Positions 11,001 to 20,524 of a stretch of DNA of 64,000 nt are shown piece after piece (the first letter of the stretch is position 1; each line of letters starts with the position of its first letter). Source of the stretch: an uncultured Acidobacteriota bacterium (lineage in GTDB: Bacteria > Acidobacteriota > JAQAZP01); assembly GCA_963836075.1 (NCBI GenBank), contig CAWIIB010000009.1, forward strand, positions 2,752,001-2,816,000, read 5' to 3'. The position numbers and the translations under genes were made by a program. A model generated the notes under the pieces. It worked only from the letters and a program-made list of their open reading frames with translations. It was not told where the DNA came from and searched no databases.

Positions 11001-13581
11001 GGGCAAGCTTCTGCTCACCGTGGAAGGTGACCGGGTGCTGGAGACGGTGGTCCGGGAACTGGAAGGGAACACGGCCACCATCGAACTGCCGGTGCGCGAG
11101 AACTGGCGTCCCAATGTCTATGTCACTGCCACCATGGTGCGGCGGGCCGCCGACCTCGAACCGGGCGGCGCCGGCCGGGCGTTCGGCGCGCAGCCGCTCT
11201 TTGTCAACCGCAGCGCCAACCGGCTGGCCATGAAGCTGACCTCGCCGGAGACGGTGCGCTCGTCCAGCCGGCTGGAGGTGGCGCTGGAGACCGAGCCGGG
11301 GGCCACGGTGACCATCGCCGCGGTGGACGAGGGCATCCTGCAGCTCATCGCCCAGCAGACAGCCGATCCCTTCGCTTTCTTCTACCGCAAGCTGGCCCTG
11401 GGGGTGATCAGTTTCGACAACTTCAGCCTGCTGCTGCCCGACCTGGCCGCTGAAGTCTCGGAAGCCGGGGGAGGCGCGGCGGCCGGGCTGGCCCAGCATG
11501 TGCGCACCGAGGGGATTCAGCGGATCAAACCGGTGACCTACTGGTCCGGTCTGATCAGGGCGGACGGCAACGGCATGGCCCGGGCCGTGATCGAGATTCC
11601 CCGGTTTCAGGGCGGGCTGCGGCTGATGGCCGTGGCCGCCGAGGGACGCCGTTTCGGTTCCACCGAGCGGATGGTCCGGGTTCGCGACCCGCTGGTGCTC
11701 ACCCCCACCCTGCCGCGGGTGCTCTCATTCGGCGAGCAACTGAATCTTCCGGTGACCCTGCGCAACGACACCGGGGCGGACGGTGAGTTCACCCTGCGGC
11801 TCGCCGCGGAGGGGATGGCCAGGGCCGGTGCGGAGAGCATGGTTCAGCTGGCGGTGCCCTCGGGCCGCGAACGGATCGCCTGGTTCGACGTCACCACCGG
11901 GACGCTCACCGGCGATGCCCGTTTCGTGATCACCGCCGACGGAAACGGAGAGCAGGCACGGGCGGAGATCGGTGTGCCGGTGCGGCCCGACCTCCCCCCG
12001 GTGAACCGGGAGACCGCCGGGTCGGTGGACCAGGCGGAGCTGGACATCGCCCTGGGGGATGCCGGCGGGCTGCGGCCGAACACGGTGCAGCGAACCCTGC
12101 GGATCGGATCCGTGCCGCTGGTCCAGTTCTCGGGGAAACTATCCGCCCTGCTCCGTTACCCGTATGGCTGCCTGGAGCAGGTGGTCTCCACCGCCTTCCC
12201 GCTGATCTACCTCGGCGACCTGGCCCGGGAGTTGAACCCGGAAGTGCTGGACCCCGAAAAGGGACATGGGGACCCGGCGCTGATGGTCCAGGCGGCCATC
12301 CGCCGGGCGATGCAGAACCAGGTGCCGGGGGGCGGCTTCTCGCTGTGGACCAGCGGCCGTTCGTATCATCCCTGGGTCAGCGTCTACGCCACGCACTTTC
12401 TGGTGGAAGCTTCCCTGGCCGGCCACCCGGTGGACCAGGGGCTGCTCCGCCGGGCCCTGGACCACCTGCAGAACGCGGTGAAGAGCAAGAGCGGCAAGGC
12501 CTACGGCGCGGAAGAACTGCAGCGCGCGGCCTATGCGCTCTACGTTCTGGCGCGGGCCGGGGAGCCCGACCTGGGATCGATGGACTACCTGCGCGAACGG
12601 CAGGCCGGCAAACTGACGGCCGAATCCCGCGGCCTGCTGGCCGCGGCCTATGCCTCCACCGGCAGCCTGGAAGCGGCCCAGGAACTGGAGACGAGGATCG
12701 GCGAGATCGACAGCATCGCCCGGCAGACCGGAAAGAACTTCGATTCCGCGGTGCGCAACCGGGCGATCCTGCTGCTGGCCCTGCTGGATGTGGACCCGAA
12801 GAACCATCGCATACCCCAGTTGGCCGATCGGCTGGCCCGTGATGCCCGCACCGGCGAATGGTGGACCACCCAGGAGACGAGCTTTGCCCTGCTGGCCCTG
12901 GGCCGCCTGTTCAGGCTGCAGTCGGAGCATCCCCCCTGGTCGGGCACGGTGACCATGGCCGGAGAAACCCTGGGCCGGGTGAGCAGCGAGGAGCCGGCCA
13001 GGTTCGATCTCCCCCCGGCCGGAGGGCCGGTACAGGTGGTGATGGACGAGGGGTTCCAGTCCGGGGCTGCGTTCTACAGCCTGGTCACCCGCGGTGTTCC
13101 CGAGGATGATGCGTTCCGGCCTGAAGCGGAGGGCCTGGAGATCGAACGGACCTTCCACGACCGGGCCGGGGCCCGGCTGAATCCGGGCCGCCTGGTGCAG
13201 GGTGACCTGGTGGTGATCAAAACCCGGGTGCGCAGTGTCAGCGGGAAGGTGGAGAACGTGGTGCTGGTCAATTTGCTGCCCTCCTGTCTCGAGGTGGAGA
13301 ACCCGCGGCTGGAGAGCACCGAATCACTGCCCTGGGTGACCGACGTGGGTCGGCCGCCGGACCACCTGGACCTGCGGGACGACCGGATCCTGATCTTCAT
13401 CGATCTGCCGGGCAACGAGTGGCGGACTTACTACACCCTGGCCCGGGCGGTGAGTCCCGGCAGGTTCCGGCTGCCCCCGGTTCACGCCGAGGCGATGTAC
13501 AACCCGGCGCTGCGGGCCACCGGCCCGCGGGGCACCATGGAGACGGCCCGGCGCGGCAAAGCGGCGGCGGCCGGCAACTGA
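8077..13581 (+). CDS. Bacterial alpha-2-macroglobulin (YfhM-like)
   Basis: IYRPGE MG2 motif, FQVEEFVPDR, AAVDEGIL, thioester YPYGCLEQ, C-terminal AEAMYNP; followed by pbpC; RBS GAGGAG before ATG 8077. Confidence 0.95.
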   Translation: MSEAEKTGDGVSSGSGGSSSGMNWGLKDSIIAILVVLLVVVSAVALRGQWGTGQAAVATTGVGEPVTVFDLVLDRENRAFLDVLFDRAVGSGMAGQVLAEPPASFFPALSGVWKWRDTNTLRFEPSGGFPMAREYRLTLDPERILGEGQVMAGEAEFTVRTDQFLVETVELFEEPAAGGEGRVTLRGSIAFNYQVDPGALAPLIRLEDPEAGEVAVLLETSWQNRVISFRTDQVVKTRRARWLKLVVAGELTPADGDVALGKDYNRDFPLGSRDLLTVRSVSSEPGLETSTIQIVFSSPMDADTARKYISVDGVETFRLVADRNNLLLGGAFSPGEKYTLSIDGGLPARDGAVLQEPYSAAVQLSDLEPAVAFQGQGMFLPSGGPGNMALETINVDRLNLTVDRVYRNNLFFFFQRNGRGYFRGYNNYVGQGWHAAGDRIVETSIPVKSQRNARVVTLLPVEELVAGDEPGLYRVFIDQPDSWRAEQRWLLVTGIGTVAKQGRDDFLVWAVNNRTLRPISGARVTLLSDQNQTIGSGRTDSAGFWRLGKGASFDENRPYMVTIENGDDFSFLLLEQMQVDNAGLEVSGSAGVGDGYNAFIYGERDIYRPGETLRGATLVRDRRLAPAPSMPVLLKHIDPEGRQLETRRLTLDKNGAAEITLDLPLHARTGHHTLELKAGEKTIGSYPFQVEEFVPDRIKVAITAASAAAGGEPLRGAVASSYLFGPPAADLGVETRVRLVDASFSAPGYEGFSFRNEDRKFDDREIFFEEAVLDGEGRRTFMAELPPELEVPSSLEAMVTARVMEAGGRGVSALQRVAVHPYPYYVGLRRQAEGYAKPGEETVFEYAVVKPDGSAAVAGPLRLEFFRDRWHTVLRRTPAGTFSYQSTRESELLDHQQVDGSVRGTAVFTAAEYGNHRVVITDERTGASAGISFHASGWGYAPWAMESPGRVELELDREEYRAGQTATVEVRAPFPGKLLLTVEGDRVLETVVRELEGNTATIELPVRENWRPNVYVTATMVRRAADLEPGGAGRAFGAQPLFVNRSANRLAMKLTSPETVRSSSRLEVALETEPGATVTIAAVDEGILQLIAQQTADPFAFFYRKLALGVISFDNFSLLLPDLAAEVSEAGGGAAAGLAQHVRTEGIQRIKPVTYWSGLIRADGNGMARAVIEIPRFQGGLRLMAVAAEGRRFGSTERMVRVRDPLVLTPTLPRVLSFGEQLNLPVTLRNDTGADGEFTLRLAAEGMARAGAESMVQLAVPSGRERIAWFDVTTGTLTGDARFVITADGNGEQARAEIGVPVRPDLPPVNRETAGSVDQAELDIALGDAGGLRPNTVQRTLRIGSVPLVQFSGKLSALLRYPYGCLEQVVSTAFPLIYLGDLARELNPEVLDPEKGHGDPALMVQAAIRRAMQNQVPGGGFSLWTSGRSYHPWVSVYATHFLVEASLAGHPVDQGLLRRALDHLQNAVKSKSGKAYGAEELQRAAYALYVLARAGEPDLGSMDYLRERQAGKLTAESRGLLAAAYASTGSLEAAQELETRIGEIDSIARQTGKNFDSAVRNRAILLLALLDVDPKNHRIPQLADRLARDARTGEWWTTQETSFALLALGRLFRLQSEHPPWSGTVTMAGETLGRVSSEEPARFDLPPAGGPVQVVMDEGFQSGAAFYSLVTRGVPEDDAFRPEAEGLEIERTFHDRAGARLNPGRLVQGDLVVIKTRVRSVSGKVENVVLVNLLPSCLEVENPRLESTESLPWVTDVGRPPDHLDLRDDRILIFIDLPGNEWRTYYTLARAVSPGRFRLPPVHAEAMYNPALRATGPRGTMETARRGKAAAAGN

Positions 13582-13608
13582 CGGCCCGGACCGTCGCGGC
13601 AGCGGATC

Positions 13609-15975
13609 ATGGGTAAAGCTTCCTCTCTTTGCACCGCACCGCTGCGCCGGCGTTTGCCGGCCGTGGCCGCCGGTATGCTGGCCCTGCTGGGACCGTTGAT
13701 TCTCTTCCTGCTGGCCGACCGGATGTTCCCCTTTCCGGTGGAACGGCTGCAGCGTCCCCCGGCGGTGGTGGTGGAAGACCGGGACGGGGAACCGCTGCGG
13801 TTCTTCCTGCCTCCGGACGACCGGTGGCGGGTCCCGGCCAGCCTGGACCAGCTCCCGGCGCTCTTTGTTGAGGCCGTGGTGGCCAGCGAGGACCGCTGGT
13901 TCCGTTTTCATCCCGGGGTCAATCCGGCGGCGGTGGCCCGGGCCGCCGTGCAGAACCTGCGGGAGGGGCGGGTGGCCTCCGGCGCTTCCACCATACCGAT
14001 GCAGATCGCGCGGATGGTGGACCCCGCCCGGCGGACCCTGGGGGCCAAGCTGCGGGAGAGTGCCCGCGCCCTGCAGCTCAACTGGCACTACTCAAAATCC
14101 GACCAGCTGGAGTTCTATATCAACCTCGCGCCATACGGTGGAAACATCGAGGGTGTGACCGCGGCGTCCTGGCTCTATTTCGGAAAGACCCCGCAACGGC
14201 TCTCGGTGGGTGAGATCGCGCTGCTGGTGGCCCTGCCCCGGGCCCCCAACCGCCTGGACCCCACCCGCCACCCCGAAGCGGCCCGGGACGCCCGGGACGG
14301 TCTGCTGGGGCTGATGGAGGCCCGCGGATTGATCACAACCGCCGAGGCGGCCGAGGCGCGCCGTCAGCCTGTTCCCCGAGGGCGCAGCCCCCTCCCGTTT
14401 GCCGCTCCCCACTTCACCCGTTTTGCCGCTTCACGGTCGGCAGGGCACTCCCGGGTCCGCACCACGCTGCACCGGCCCACCCAGTCCCTGGCCGAGGCCC
14501 AGGTGGCCCGGCGGATCGGCAACCTGCGGGCGGCGGGCATCGGCAACGCGGCGGTGGTGGTGCTGGAGACCGGGACCCGGGAACTGCGGGCCATGGTGGG
14601 GTCGGCCGGTTTCTCGGAGCAGCAGCGCCAGGGACAGGTGAACGGCGCCATGGCCCGGCGATCCCCCGGCTCCACGCTCAAGCCCTTTCTCTATGCCATG
14701 GCCGTGGACCAGGGGCTTGCGGTCCCGGAGTCGTATCTCCTCGACATCCCCACCGACTTCAGCGGCTACGTGGCCCGGAACTATGACGACCGCTACCGCG
14801 GCCGGGTCACGGCCCGGGAGGCCCTGGCCCAGTCCTTGAATGCCGCCGCGGTGCGGCTGCTGGCCCGGGTCGGTCTGGAGCGCTTCCACCGTCTGCTGGT
14901 CCGCGGCGGCGCCGCCTCGCTGGAGCGGCCGGCGCTGTCATACGGTCTGCCGCTGGTGCTGGGGGCGGGGGATATGACATTGCTGGAGCTGACCGGGCTG
15001 TACGCCGCGCTGGCTGGAGGCGGGACCTTTGGCGAAATGCGCTGGGCGGAGAGGGAGGGGCCGGGTGTGGAGAGTGACCGCGACGCGGGACAGCGGCTCA
15101 TCTCCGAAGAAGCGGCCTGGCTGGTGACCTCGATCCTTCTGGATGTCCGCCGCCCCGACCTGCCCGATGCCTGGGCCCTGACCCGCGACGCCCCGGCGGT
15201 GGCCTGGAAGACCGGGACCTCGTACGGCCACCGCGACGCCTGGGCGGTGGGGTTCTCCGGCAGCCATACGGTGGGCGTCTGGGTGGGCAACTTCGACGGC
15301 ACGCCGGTGAACGGCATCTCGGGGAGCGAACACGCGGCCCCGCTGCTCTTCGACATCTTCCGGGCATTGGAGCCGGGGGGGACCGGGCCGCGCGAACCAG
15401 CCGGCCTGGCCCTGGTGCCGGTGACGGTCTGCGCCCTCAGCCGGCAGCTGCCCGGGGCCTTCTGCCCCGAGCGGGTGGAGATCCGCTGCCTGGCCGAGGG
15501 ATCGCGTCTGGGTCGCTGCCGGCACCACCGCCGGATGCTGCTCGATGCCGAGACCGGGTTGCGGCTCACCGGCGACTGCATCGGCGACCGGCCCCACCGC
15601 TGGGAGCTGTTTACCATCTACCCGGCGGAGCTGGTGGCCTGGTGGCGGGCCCGGGGCCAGTCGGTGCCCGCGGTACCGGCCGTCTCGCCCGACTGCGGCG
15701 GTGTGGAAGCGGGGGAGGGGCCGAAGATCGTCTCCCCGGACGGCAGCACCGGTTACCGCCTGCGGCGGGACACTCCGGCGGAGTACCAGCAGGTTCCCCT
15801 GGTGGCCCGGGTCGCCCCCGGCACGAGCCGTCTCTACTGGTACGAGGACGGGCTGCTGGCTGCCGCCGGCCCTCCCGGGGAGCCGCTCTTCATCCAGCTG
15901 CAGCGGGGAGAGCACCGGATGGTGGTCACCGACGATAGCGGGCGCTCGGACGGGGTGACCTACCGGGTGGAGTGA
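13609..15975 (+). CDS. pbpC: Penicillin-binding protein 1C
   Basis: Transglycosylase EDRWF..HPGVNP and GASTIPMQ; transpeptidase SxxK (STLK), SLN, KTGT; canonical position after alpha-2-macroglobulin. Confidence 0.95.
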   Translation: MGKASSLCTAPLRRRLPAVAAGMLALLGPLILFLLADRMFPFPVERLQRPPAVVVEDRDGEPLRFFLPPDDRWRVPASLDQLPALFVEAVVASEDRWFRFHPGVNPAAVARAAVQNLREGRVASGASTIPMQIARMVDPARRTLGAKLRESARALQLNWHYSKSDQLEFYINLAPYGGNIEGVTAASWLYFGKTPQRLSVGEIALLVALPRAPNRLDPTRHPEAARDARDGLLGLMEARGLITTAEAAEARRQPVPRGRSPLPFAAPHFTRFAASRSAGHSRVRTTLHRPTQSLAEAQVARRIGNLRAAGIGNAAVVVLETGTRELRAMVGSAGFSEQQRQGQVNGAMARRSPGSTLKPFLYAMAVDQGLAVPESYLLDIPTDFSGYVARNYDDRYRGRVTAREALAQSLNAAAVRLLARVGLERFHRLLVRGGAASLERPALSYGLPLVLGAGDMTLLELTGLYAALAGGGTFGEMRWAEREGPGVESDRDAGQRLISEEAAWLVTSILLDVRRPDLPDAWALTRDAPAVAWKTGTSYGHRDAWAVGFSGSHTVGVWVGNFDGTPVNGISGSEHAAPLLFDIFRALEPGGTGPREPAGLALVPVTVCALSRQLPGAFCPERVEIRCLAEGSRLGRCRHHRRMLLDAETGLRLTGDCIGDRPHRWELFTIYPAELVAWWRARGQSVPAVPAVSPDCGGVEAGEGPKIVSPDGSTGYRLRRDTPAEYQQVPLVARVAPGTSRLYWYEDGLLAAAGPPGEPLFIQLQRGEHRMVVTDDSGRSDGVTYRVE

Positions 15976-15988
15976 GTGAAAAATATGG

Positions 15989-16058
15989 GGTCCCGCCTGT
16001 TGCATCTTCGCTCCGGTCGCTCCGCTCCAGATGTCGCCTGGAAGCAACAGGCGGGACC
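15989..16058. repeat. 15-bp perfect inverted repeat (REP/MITE-like)
   Basis: GGTCCCGCCTGTTGC at 15989-16003 and GCAACAGGCGGGACC at 16044-16058, just after the pbpC stop. Confidence 0.7.
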
Positions 16059-16208
16059 TGCCCCCACATTGTTGAAGTTTTATAGTCGATTTCCCTGAAA
16101 ATAGTCTATAATAATTATCGACAAACTTGAGATATTGAATCAGGCTGGTGGGATGACTGACGGCACTCTGCCGAATGCACCGTTGGAATACACAGAAAGG
16201 ATCAGTTG

Positions 16209-17345
16209 ATGAGCGCAGCGAGCAAAGAGCAGGCACTGCTCACTACTTATGATATGAACGGCCTTCATCTGAAGAACCGCGTGGCCCTGGCGCCGATGAC
16301 CCGGGCCCGTGCCGGAGCCCGGCGTCTGGCCAATCCCCTGATGGCCGAATACTACACCCAGCGGGCCGGCGCCGGCCTGGTGATCACCGAGGCCACGGTG
16401 GTCTCCGAACAGGGTATCGGCTGGGTCGGTTCGCCGGGGATCTACACAGACCAGCAGGGCGAGTCCTGGAAGCAGGTGGTGGATGCGGTGCATGCGAAAG
16501 GCAGCACGATCTTCCTCCAGCTCTGGCACTGCGGCCGGGCGTCGCACAGCGACTTTCACGGCGGTGAGCTGCCGGTGGCCCCCTCGGCGGTGCGGCTGGA
16601 AGGCGATGGCGTCCACACGCCGCAGGGCAAAAAAGACTACGAGACGCCGCGGGCCCTGGAGCTTGACGAACTGCCCGGTATCGTCGCCGATTACGCCGCG
16701 GCCGCGATGCGGGCCAAGGCTGCCGGTTTTGACGGCGTGGAGATCCATGCGGCCAACGGCTACCTTCTGGACCAGTTTCTGCAGTCCCGAACCAACCATC
16801 GCAAGGATGCTTACGGCGGAAGCCCGGAAAACCGTTTTCGCCTGCTGCGGGAAGTGGTGGAGGCGATCAGCAGCATCTTCCCCCCGTCCCGGGTGGCCGT
16901 GCGTCTGTCGCCCAACGGTGTGTTCAACGATATGGGGTCCCCCGACTTCCGGGAGACCTTCAGCTACGCGGCCCGGCAGCTTGACGGCTTCGGTCTGGCC
17001 TACCTGCACGTGATGGACGGCCTGGCCTTCGGCTTCCACAAGCTGGGTGAGCCGATGACCCTGGAGGAGTTCCGCGGCCTGTTCCATGGCCCGCTGATGG
17101 GCAACTGCGGGTACGACCAGCAGAGCGCGGAGGATGCCGTGGCCCGCGGCGCGGCGGACCTGATCGCCATCGGCCGGCCCTACATCAGCAACCCCGACCT
17201 GGTGGAGCGCTTCCGCAACGGCTGGCCCCTGGCCCCGCTGCCGGATATGACAACCTGGTATTCCGGAAGCCAGGCCGGCGAGGGGTATACCGAGTATTCC
17301 ACTTTCAATCCCGCAGCCATGGTCGGGGCAGAGGAGAGATCATGA
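16209..17345 (+). CDS. Old yellow enzyme family alkene reductase (NemA-like)
   Basis: NRVALAPMTRARA, GLVITEAT, QLWHCGR, GFDGVEIHAANGYLLDQFL, GRPYISNPDLV. Confidence 0.95.
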   Translation: MSAASKEQALLTTYDMNGLHLKNRVALAPMTRARAGARRLANPLMAEYYTQRAGAGLVITEATVVSEQGIGWVGSPGIYTDQQGESWKQVVDAVHAKGSTIFLQLWHCGRASHSDFHGGELPVAPSAVRLEGDGVHTPQGKKDYETPRALELDELPGIVADYAAAAMRAKAAGFDGVEIHAANGYLLDQFLQSRTNHRKDAYGGSPENRFRLLREVVEAISSIFPPSRVAVRLSPNGVFNDMGSPDFRETFSYAARQLDGFGLAYLHVMDGLAFGFHKLGEPMTLEEFRGLFHGPLMGNCGYDQQSAEDAVARGAADLIAIGRPYISNPDLVERFRNGWPLAPLPDMTTWYSGSQAGEGYTEYSTFNPAAMVGAEERS

Positions 17346-18004
17346 GCACGCTGCAGGAACGGCTGGACCGTATCAAGGCCGGGTTCATGAGCCAGCTTCC
17401 CGACGAGGTCAAGGCGGTGATGGCCGGGGCCGAGGAGGAGCTTCGCTCGTCTGACATCATGTCGCGACTTCCGGGACCGGGAAGCCAGCTGGAATCGTTC
17501 AAGCTGGTGGACACCGACGGAAGCACCTGGAACTCCACGGACCTCCTCGCCCAGGGTCCGCTCGTGCTCACCGTGTATCGCGGCGCCTGGTGACCTTACT
17601 GCAACGCGGAGCTGGAAGCTCTGCAGAAGACCTATGGGGATATCAGGGCCGCGGGCGCCGAACTGGTGGCCATTTCGCCGCAGAGCCCGGCTAAGAACGC
17701 CGAGGTGAAGGCGAAGCACAATCTCGGCTTCCCGGTGCTCAGCGACCCGGGCCACGCCTGGGCCAGGCAACTGGGGCTGGTGTTCACCATGCCGCAGCCG
17801 TTGCAAGAGCTATACAAGACGTTCGGGATCCTGATCCCCGAATTCAACGGTGACGACTCCTGGGAGTTGCCCCTGCCTGCCCGCCTGGTGGTGGACGGTT
17901 CCGGGGTGATCCGCAGCATCGACGCCGACGTGGACTACACCCGCCGCCCCGAGGCCGAAGCCAGTGTGGAGGTGCTGAAGACCCTCACCAGAACGGCCGC
18001 GTGA
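17342..18004 (+). CDS. Peroxiredoxin-like (AhpC/TSA) selenoprotein, 220 aa, Sec at codon 84
   Basis: ORFs 17342-17593 and 17666-18004 share a frame; TGA 17591-17593 gives YRGAW-U-PYC, matching the family motif RGxWCPxC; no other stop in frame; hairpin downstream. Confidence 0.9.
17591..17624 (+). promoter_or_regulatory. Putative bacterial SECIS element
   Basis: Stem GCGGAGCT (17606-17613) / AGCTCTGC (17617-17624) with GGA loop starting 20 nt after the UGA. Confidence 0.7.
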
Positions 18005-18165
18005 CGGCGTCCCCGTCCTCGCTCACGGGTTTCGAGATGTGGCGAGGGATCCAACCGCTTCGAGCTTCGGTCCCGGGTTCACGCAGGAATTTCCATAAAC
18101 CCTCGACAGGCGCTCGGAGTGGATGAATCACACGCCACACTTACACCGGGGCCAGTTGGCGAAAT

Positions 18166-18219
18166 AAAAGGGGACCGGCATCCGATTTCCGAAGGAGATC
18201 GGTGCCGGTCCACTTTTTT
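18166..18219 (+). terminator. Long GC-rich hairpin with T-tract (terminator-like or REP-like)
   Basis: AAAAGGGGACCGGCATCCGATTTCC-GAA-GGAGATCGGTGCCGGTCCACTTTTTT downstream of the OYE-peroxiredoxin operon. Confidence 0.55.
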
Positions 18220-18318
18220 GTGCCGCAGTGATATCCTTGTACACGGTTTCCATCCGTGGCCGGCTCCATCATCAAACGACCGGAGTTCGCCCTGCCGATT
18301 CTGACGGAGGAAGCAGGA

Positions 18319-18912
18319 ATGTGCAGAAAACCATCAACGCCGCTATGGCTTGTGCTGCCTGCCGTCATTTCCTGCTGCCTCCTCATTGCCGCCGGCTGTG
18401 CCGGCCACCGCATTGTCCCCCCCCCTGATCCTCCTGCCCCGCCCGCTGGACAATCTTCTTTCGACTTCCTGCGCGACGGTGCCTCCATCGATACCGAGCC
18501 GCCCGAGGATCAGGACCTGCGAGCGCCGATCATAAAAGAGGAACTGGCCCGGCCGGTGTACCCAACCCAGGCGCTCTCTGCCGGGGCCGCTCCCTCCGTC
18601 GTGGCGGTGCGCATCCTGGTGAACAGGGAGGGCCGGGTAGCCGAGGTGGCTGACAGCCCGCGCCTGGCTTCCACCCCCGGACCGTTTGCCGCCGATTTCC
18701 GCCGGGCGGTGGAGGACGTGCTGGCCGAGTGGCGCTTCGTGCCCGCCGTCTGGCGGCGCTACGAGCCGGGGGAGGACCTGGACGGCGACGGGGTGGCCGA
18801 CTACCGCCGGGTGGTGGAAACGCGGGCGGTGAACTTCTACCTCGATGTCCGCTTCGACTTCGAGATCGTCGACGGCCGGGGCCGGGTCCGCTCGGATCAG
18901 ACAACTTCCTGA
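18319..18912 (+). CDS. Putative lipoprotein with TonB C-terminal-like domain
   Basis: Lipobox-like IAAGC, Pro-rich linker, PVYP..A...VAVRILVNREGRV...WRFVPA TonB_C pattern; inserted DLDGDG loop. Confidence 0.65.
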   Translation: MCRKPSTPLWLVLPAVISCCLLIAAGCAGHRIVPPPDPPAPPAGQSSFDFLRDGASIDTEPPEDQDLRAPIIKEELARPVYPTQALSAGAAPSVVAVRILVNREGRVAEVADSPRLASTPGPFAADFRRAVEDVLAEWRFVPAVWRRYEPGEDLDGDGVADYRRVVETRAVNFYLDVRFDFEIVDGRGRVRSDQTTS

Positions 18913-18921
18913 ACTGAAACA

Positions 18922-19012
18922 GGGGACGGTTCCCTCACAAGAGGTGACAGCCACCTGTTTTTACCCGTATTCTGTCGACATAGTGAGTCACAATTTATGG
19001 GTGACAGTCACC
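18922..19012. repeat. Cluster of short REP-like palindromes
   Basis: GGGGACGGTTCCC (18922-18934), GGTGACAGCCACC (18943-18955), GGTGACAGTCACC (19000-19012) in an AT-rich spacer. Confidence 0.55.
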
Positions 19013-19060
19013 TATTTATTGTTGTTTCCTGCGGTATGCTTTAAAAGCAGGAGGTGGAAT

Positions 19061-20524
19061 GTGAAACAGTCAGCAGATTGCCGATGGCTGGGACAGGTTC
19101 TTTTGGTTTGCGTCTTTCTGCTGGTTGTCGCCCAGCTCTTTGCCGCCGATCCCCCCAGCACACCGTCGTTGCCCCGGGGCGAACTGGTCCCTTCGGTGAC
19201 CTGCCTCAAGGACCCGGAGTTCAGCTACGCCCTCTACCTGCCGTCGTCCTACACCCCGGAAAATGAGTGGCCATTGATCCTGGCTTTCTCACCCGGCGCC
19301 AATGGGGCCACGCCGGTGCGCCTGCTGATGGATGCCGCCGAAGAGTACGGCTACATCGTCATCGGCTCCAACGACTCGAAGAACGGCCCCTGGGAGCCGA
19401 TCCACGCCGCCCAGCGGGCCCTGCGCCGCGAGGCGAGGAGCCGCTTCTCCATCGACCCCCGCCGCAGTTACGCCACCGGCTTCTCCGGCGGTTCCCGGGC
19501 CGCCCTCAGCCTGGCTCTCAAGCACCCCCGCGACTTTGCCGGAGTGATCTCCGTAGGCGCGGTGTTCACCTATGCCGAGCCGCTGCCCGGCCGGAGCAAG
19601 CTGGCGGTCTACGGCCTGGTGGGCGACGCCGATATCGCGTACCCCGAGCATCTGCGGGCCGAGCGGGAGCTGCCGGAACACGGGTTCACCTGCTGGCAGG
19701 AGGTCTTTCCCGGCCGGCACCAGTGGCCCCCGCCGGCGAAGTACCGCGAAGCGGTGGAGTTCATGGAGATCGCGGCCATGCGGCGCAAGCTGATTCCCCT
19801 GGACGAGGCCTTTGTCCGCGGGGTCGCCGCAGGTCGTCTGGACGGGGCTCGCGCGCTGGAAAAGGGTGGGCAGCCCCTGCTGGCCCTGCGCACCTTCCGC
19901 CAGACCGCCGAGGCCTTTGACGGCCTGCACGAGGCCACCCTGGCCGCCAGGGAAGCGGATCGTCTGGCCGCCCTGCCGCAGACAAAACAGCTGCTCGAGC
20001 TGGAGGAGCAGCTGGTCTTCGACATTCAGGCGCTCAATTCCTGGCGGGACCGCGTGGCCTATCCCGAGGCGGTGGAACGGCTGCAGAAGCTGAGCAGGGA
20101 AGGGGGCCCCAACGCCGAACGTGCCGACATCGCGCTGTTCCACTCTTCGATCTACCTCATCGAGATGGGGATGCAGCACCACGGTGCGGGAAAGCCGGAG
20201 AGCGCCCTGGCCTTTTTCCGCACCGCCACCTGGGTCTACCCCGACAACGTCACCGGCTTTTACAATGCGGCCTGCGCCGCGGCGCTCACCGGGAAGCAGG
20301 ACGAGGCGCTGGAACATCTCACCGAGGCCGCTGCCCGCAGGTTCAACAACCCCGACCTGCTGGCCAGCGACACCGATCTGGAGAGCCTGCGCGAGCTCCC
20401 CGCCTTTGCCGAGATCGAGAAGACCGTGGTGCGCAACGCCGAGCAGGGAATCAAGCCATTGTCCTACTGGGTGCCGATGGAGGAGTTGCTCGGTGAGCCG
20501 GCGCTGAGGACATCAGCCGACTGA
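19061..20524 (+). CDS. Secreted alpha/beta hydrolase (esterase-like) with C-terminal TPR
   Basis: YALYLP, GFSGG nucleophile elbow, GRHQWP; C-terminal YNAACAAALTG TPR; GTG start with RBS GGAGG. Confidence 0.75.
   Translation: MKQSADCRWLGQVLLVCVFLLVVAQLFAADPPSTPSLPRGELVPSVTCLKDPEFSYALYLPSSYTPENEWPLILAFSPGANGATPVRLLMDAAEEYGYIVIGSNDSKNGPWEPIHAAQRALRREARSRFSIDPRRSYATGFSGGSRAALSLALKHPRDFAGVISVGAVFTYAEPLPGRSKLAVYGLVGDADIAYPEHLRAERELPEHGFTCWQEVFPGRHQWPPPAKYREAVEFMEIAAMRRKLIPLDEAFVRGVAAGRLDGARALEKGGQPLLALRTFRQTAEAFDGLHEATLAAREADRLAALPQTKQLLELEEQLVFDIQALNSWRDRVAYPEAVERLQKLSREGGPNAERADIALFHSSIYLIEMGMQHHGAGKPESALAFFRTATWVYPDNVTGFYNAACAAALTGKQDEALEHLTEAAARRFNNPDLLASDTDLESLRELPAFAEIEKTVVRNAEQGIKPLSYWVPMEELLGEPALRTSAD

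Noticed and set aside
17591-17593. UGA reassigned genome-wide to Trp or Gly
   Set aside because: Many genes here end at TGA at their expected C-termini, and this TGA aligns to a catalytic Cys, so Sec fits better
17666-18004. Separate 112-aa gene
   Set aside because: It is the C-terminal half of the UGA-readthrough peroxiredoxin-like gene
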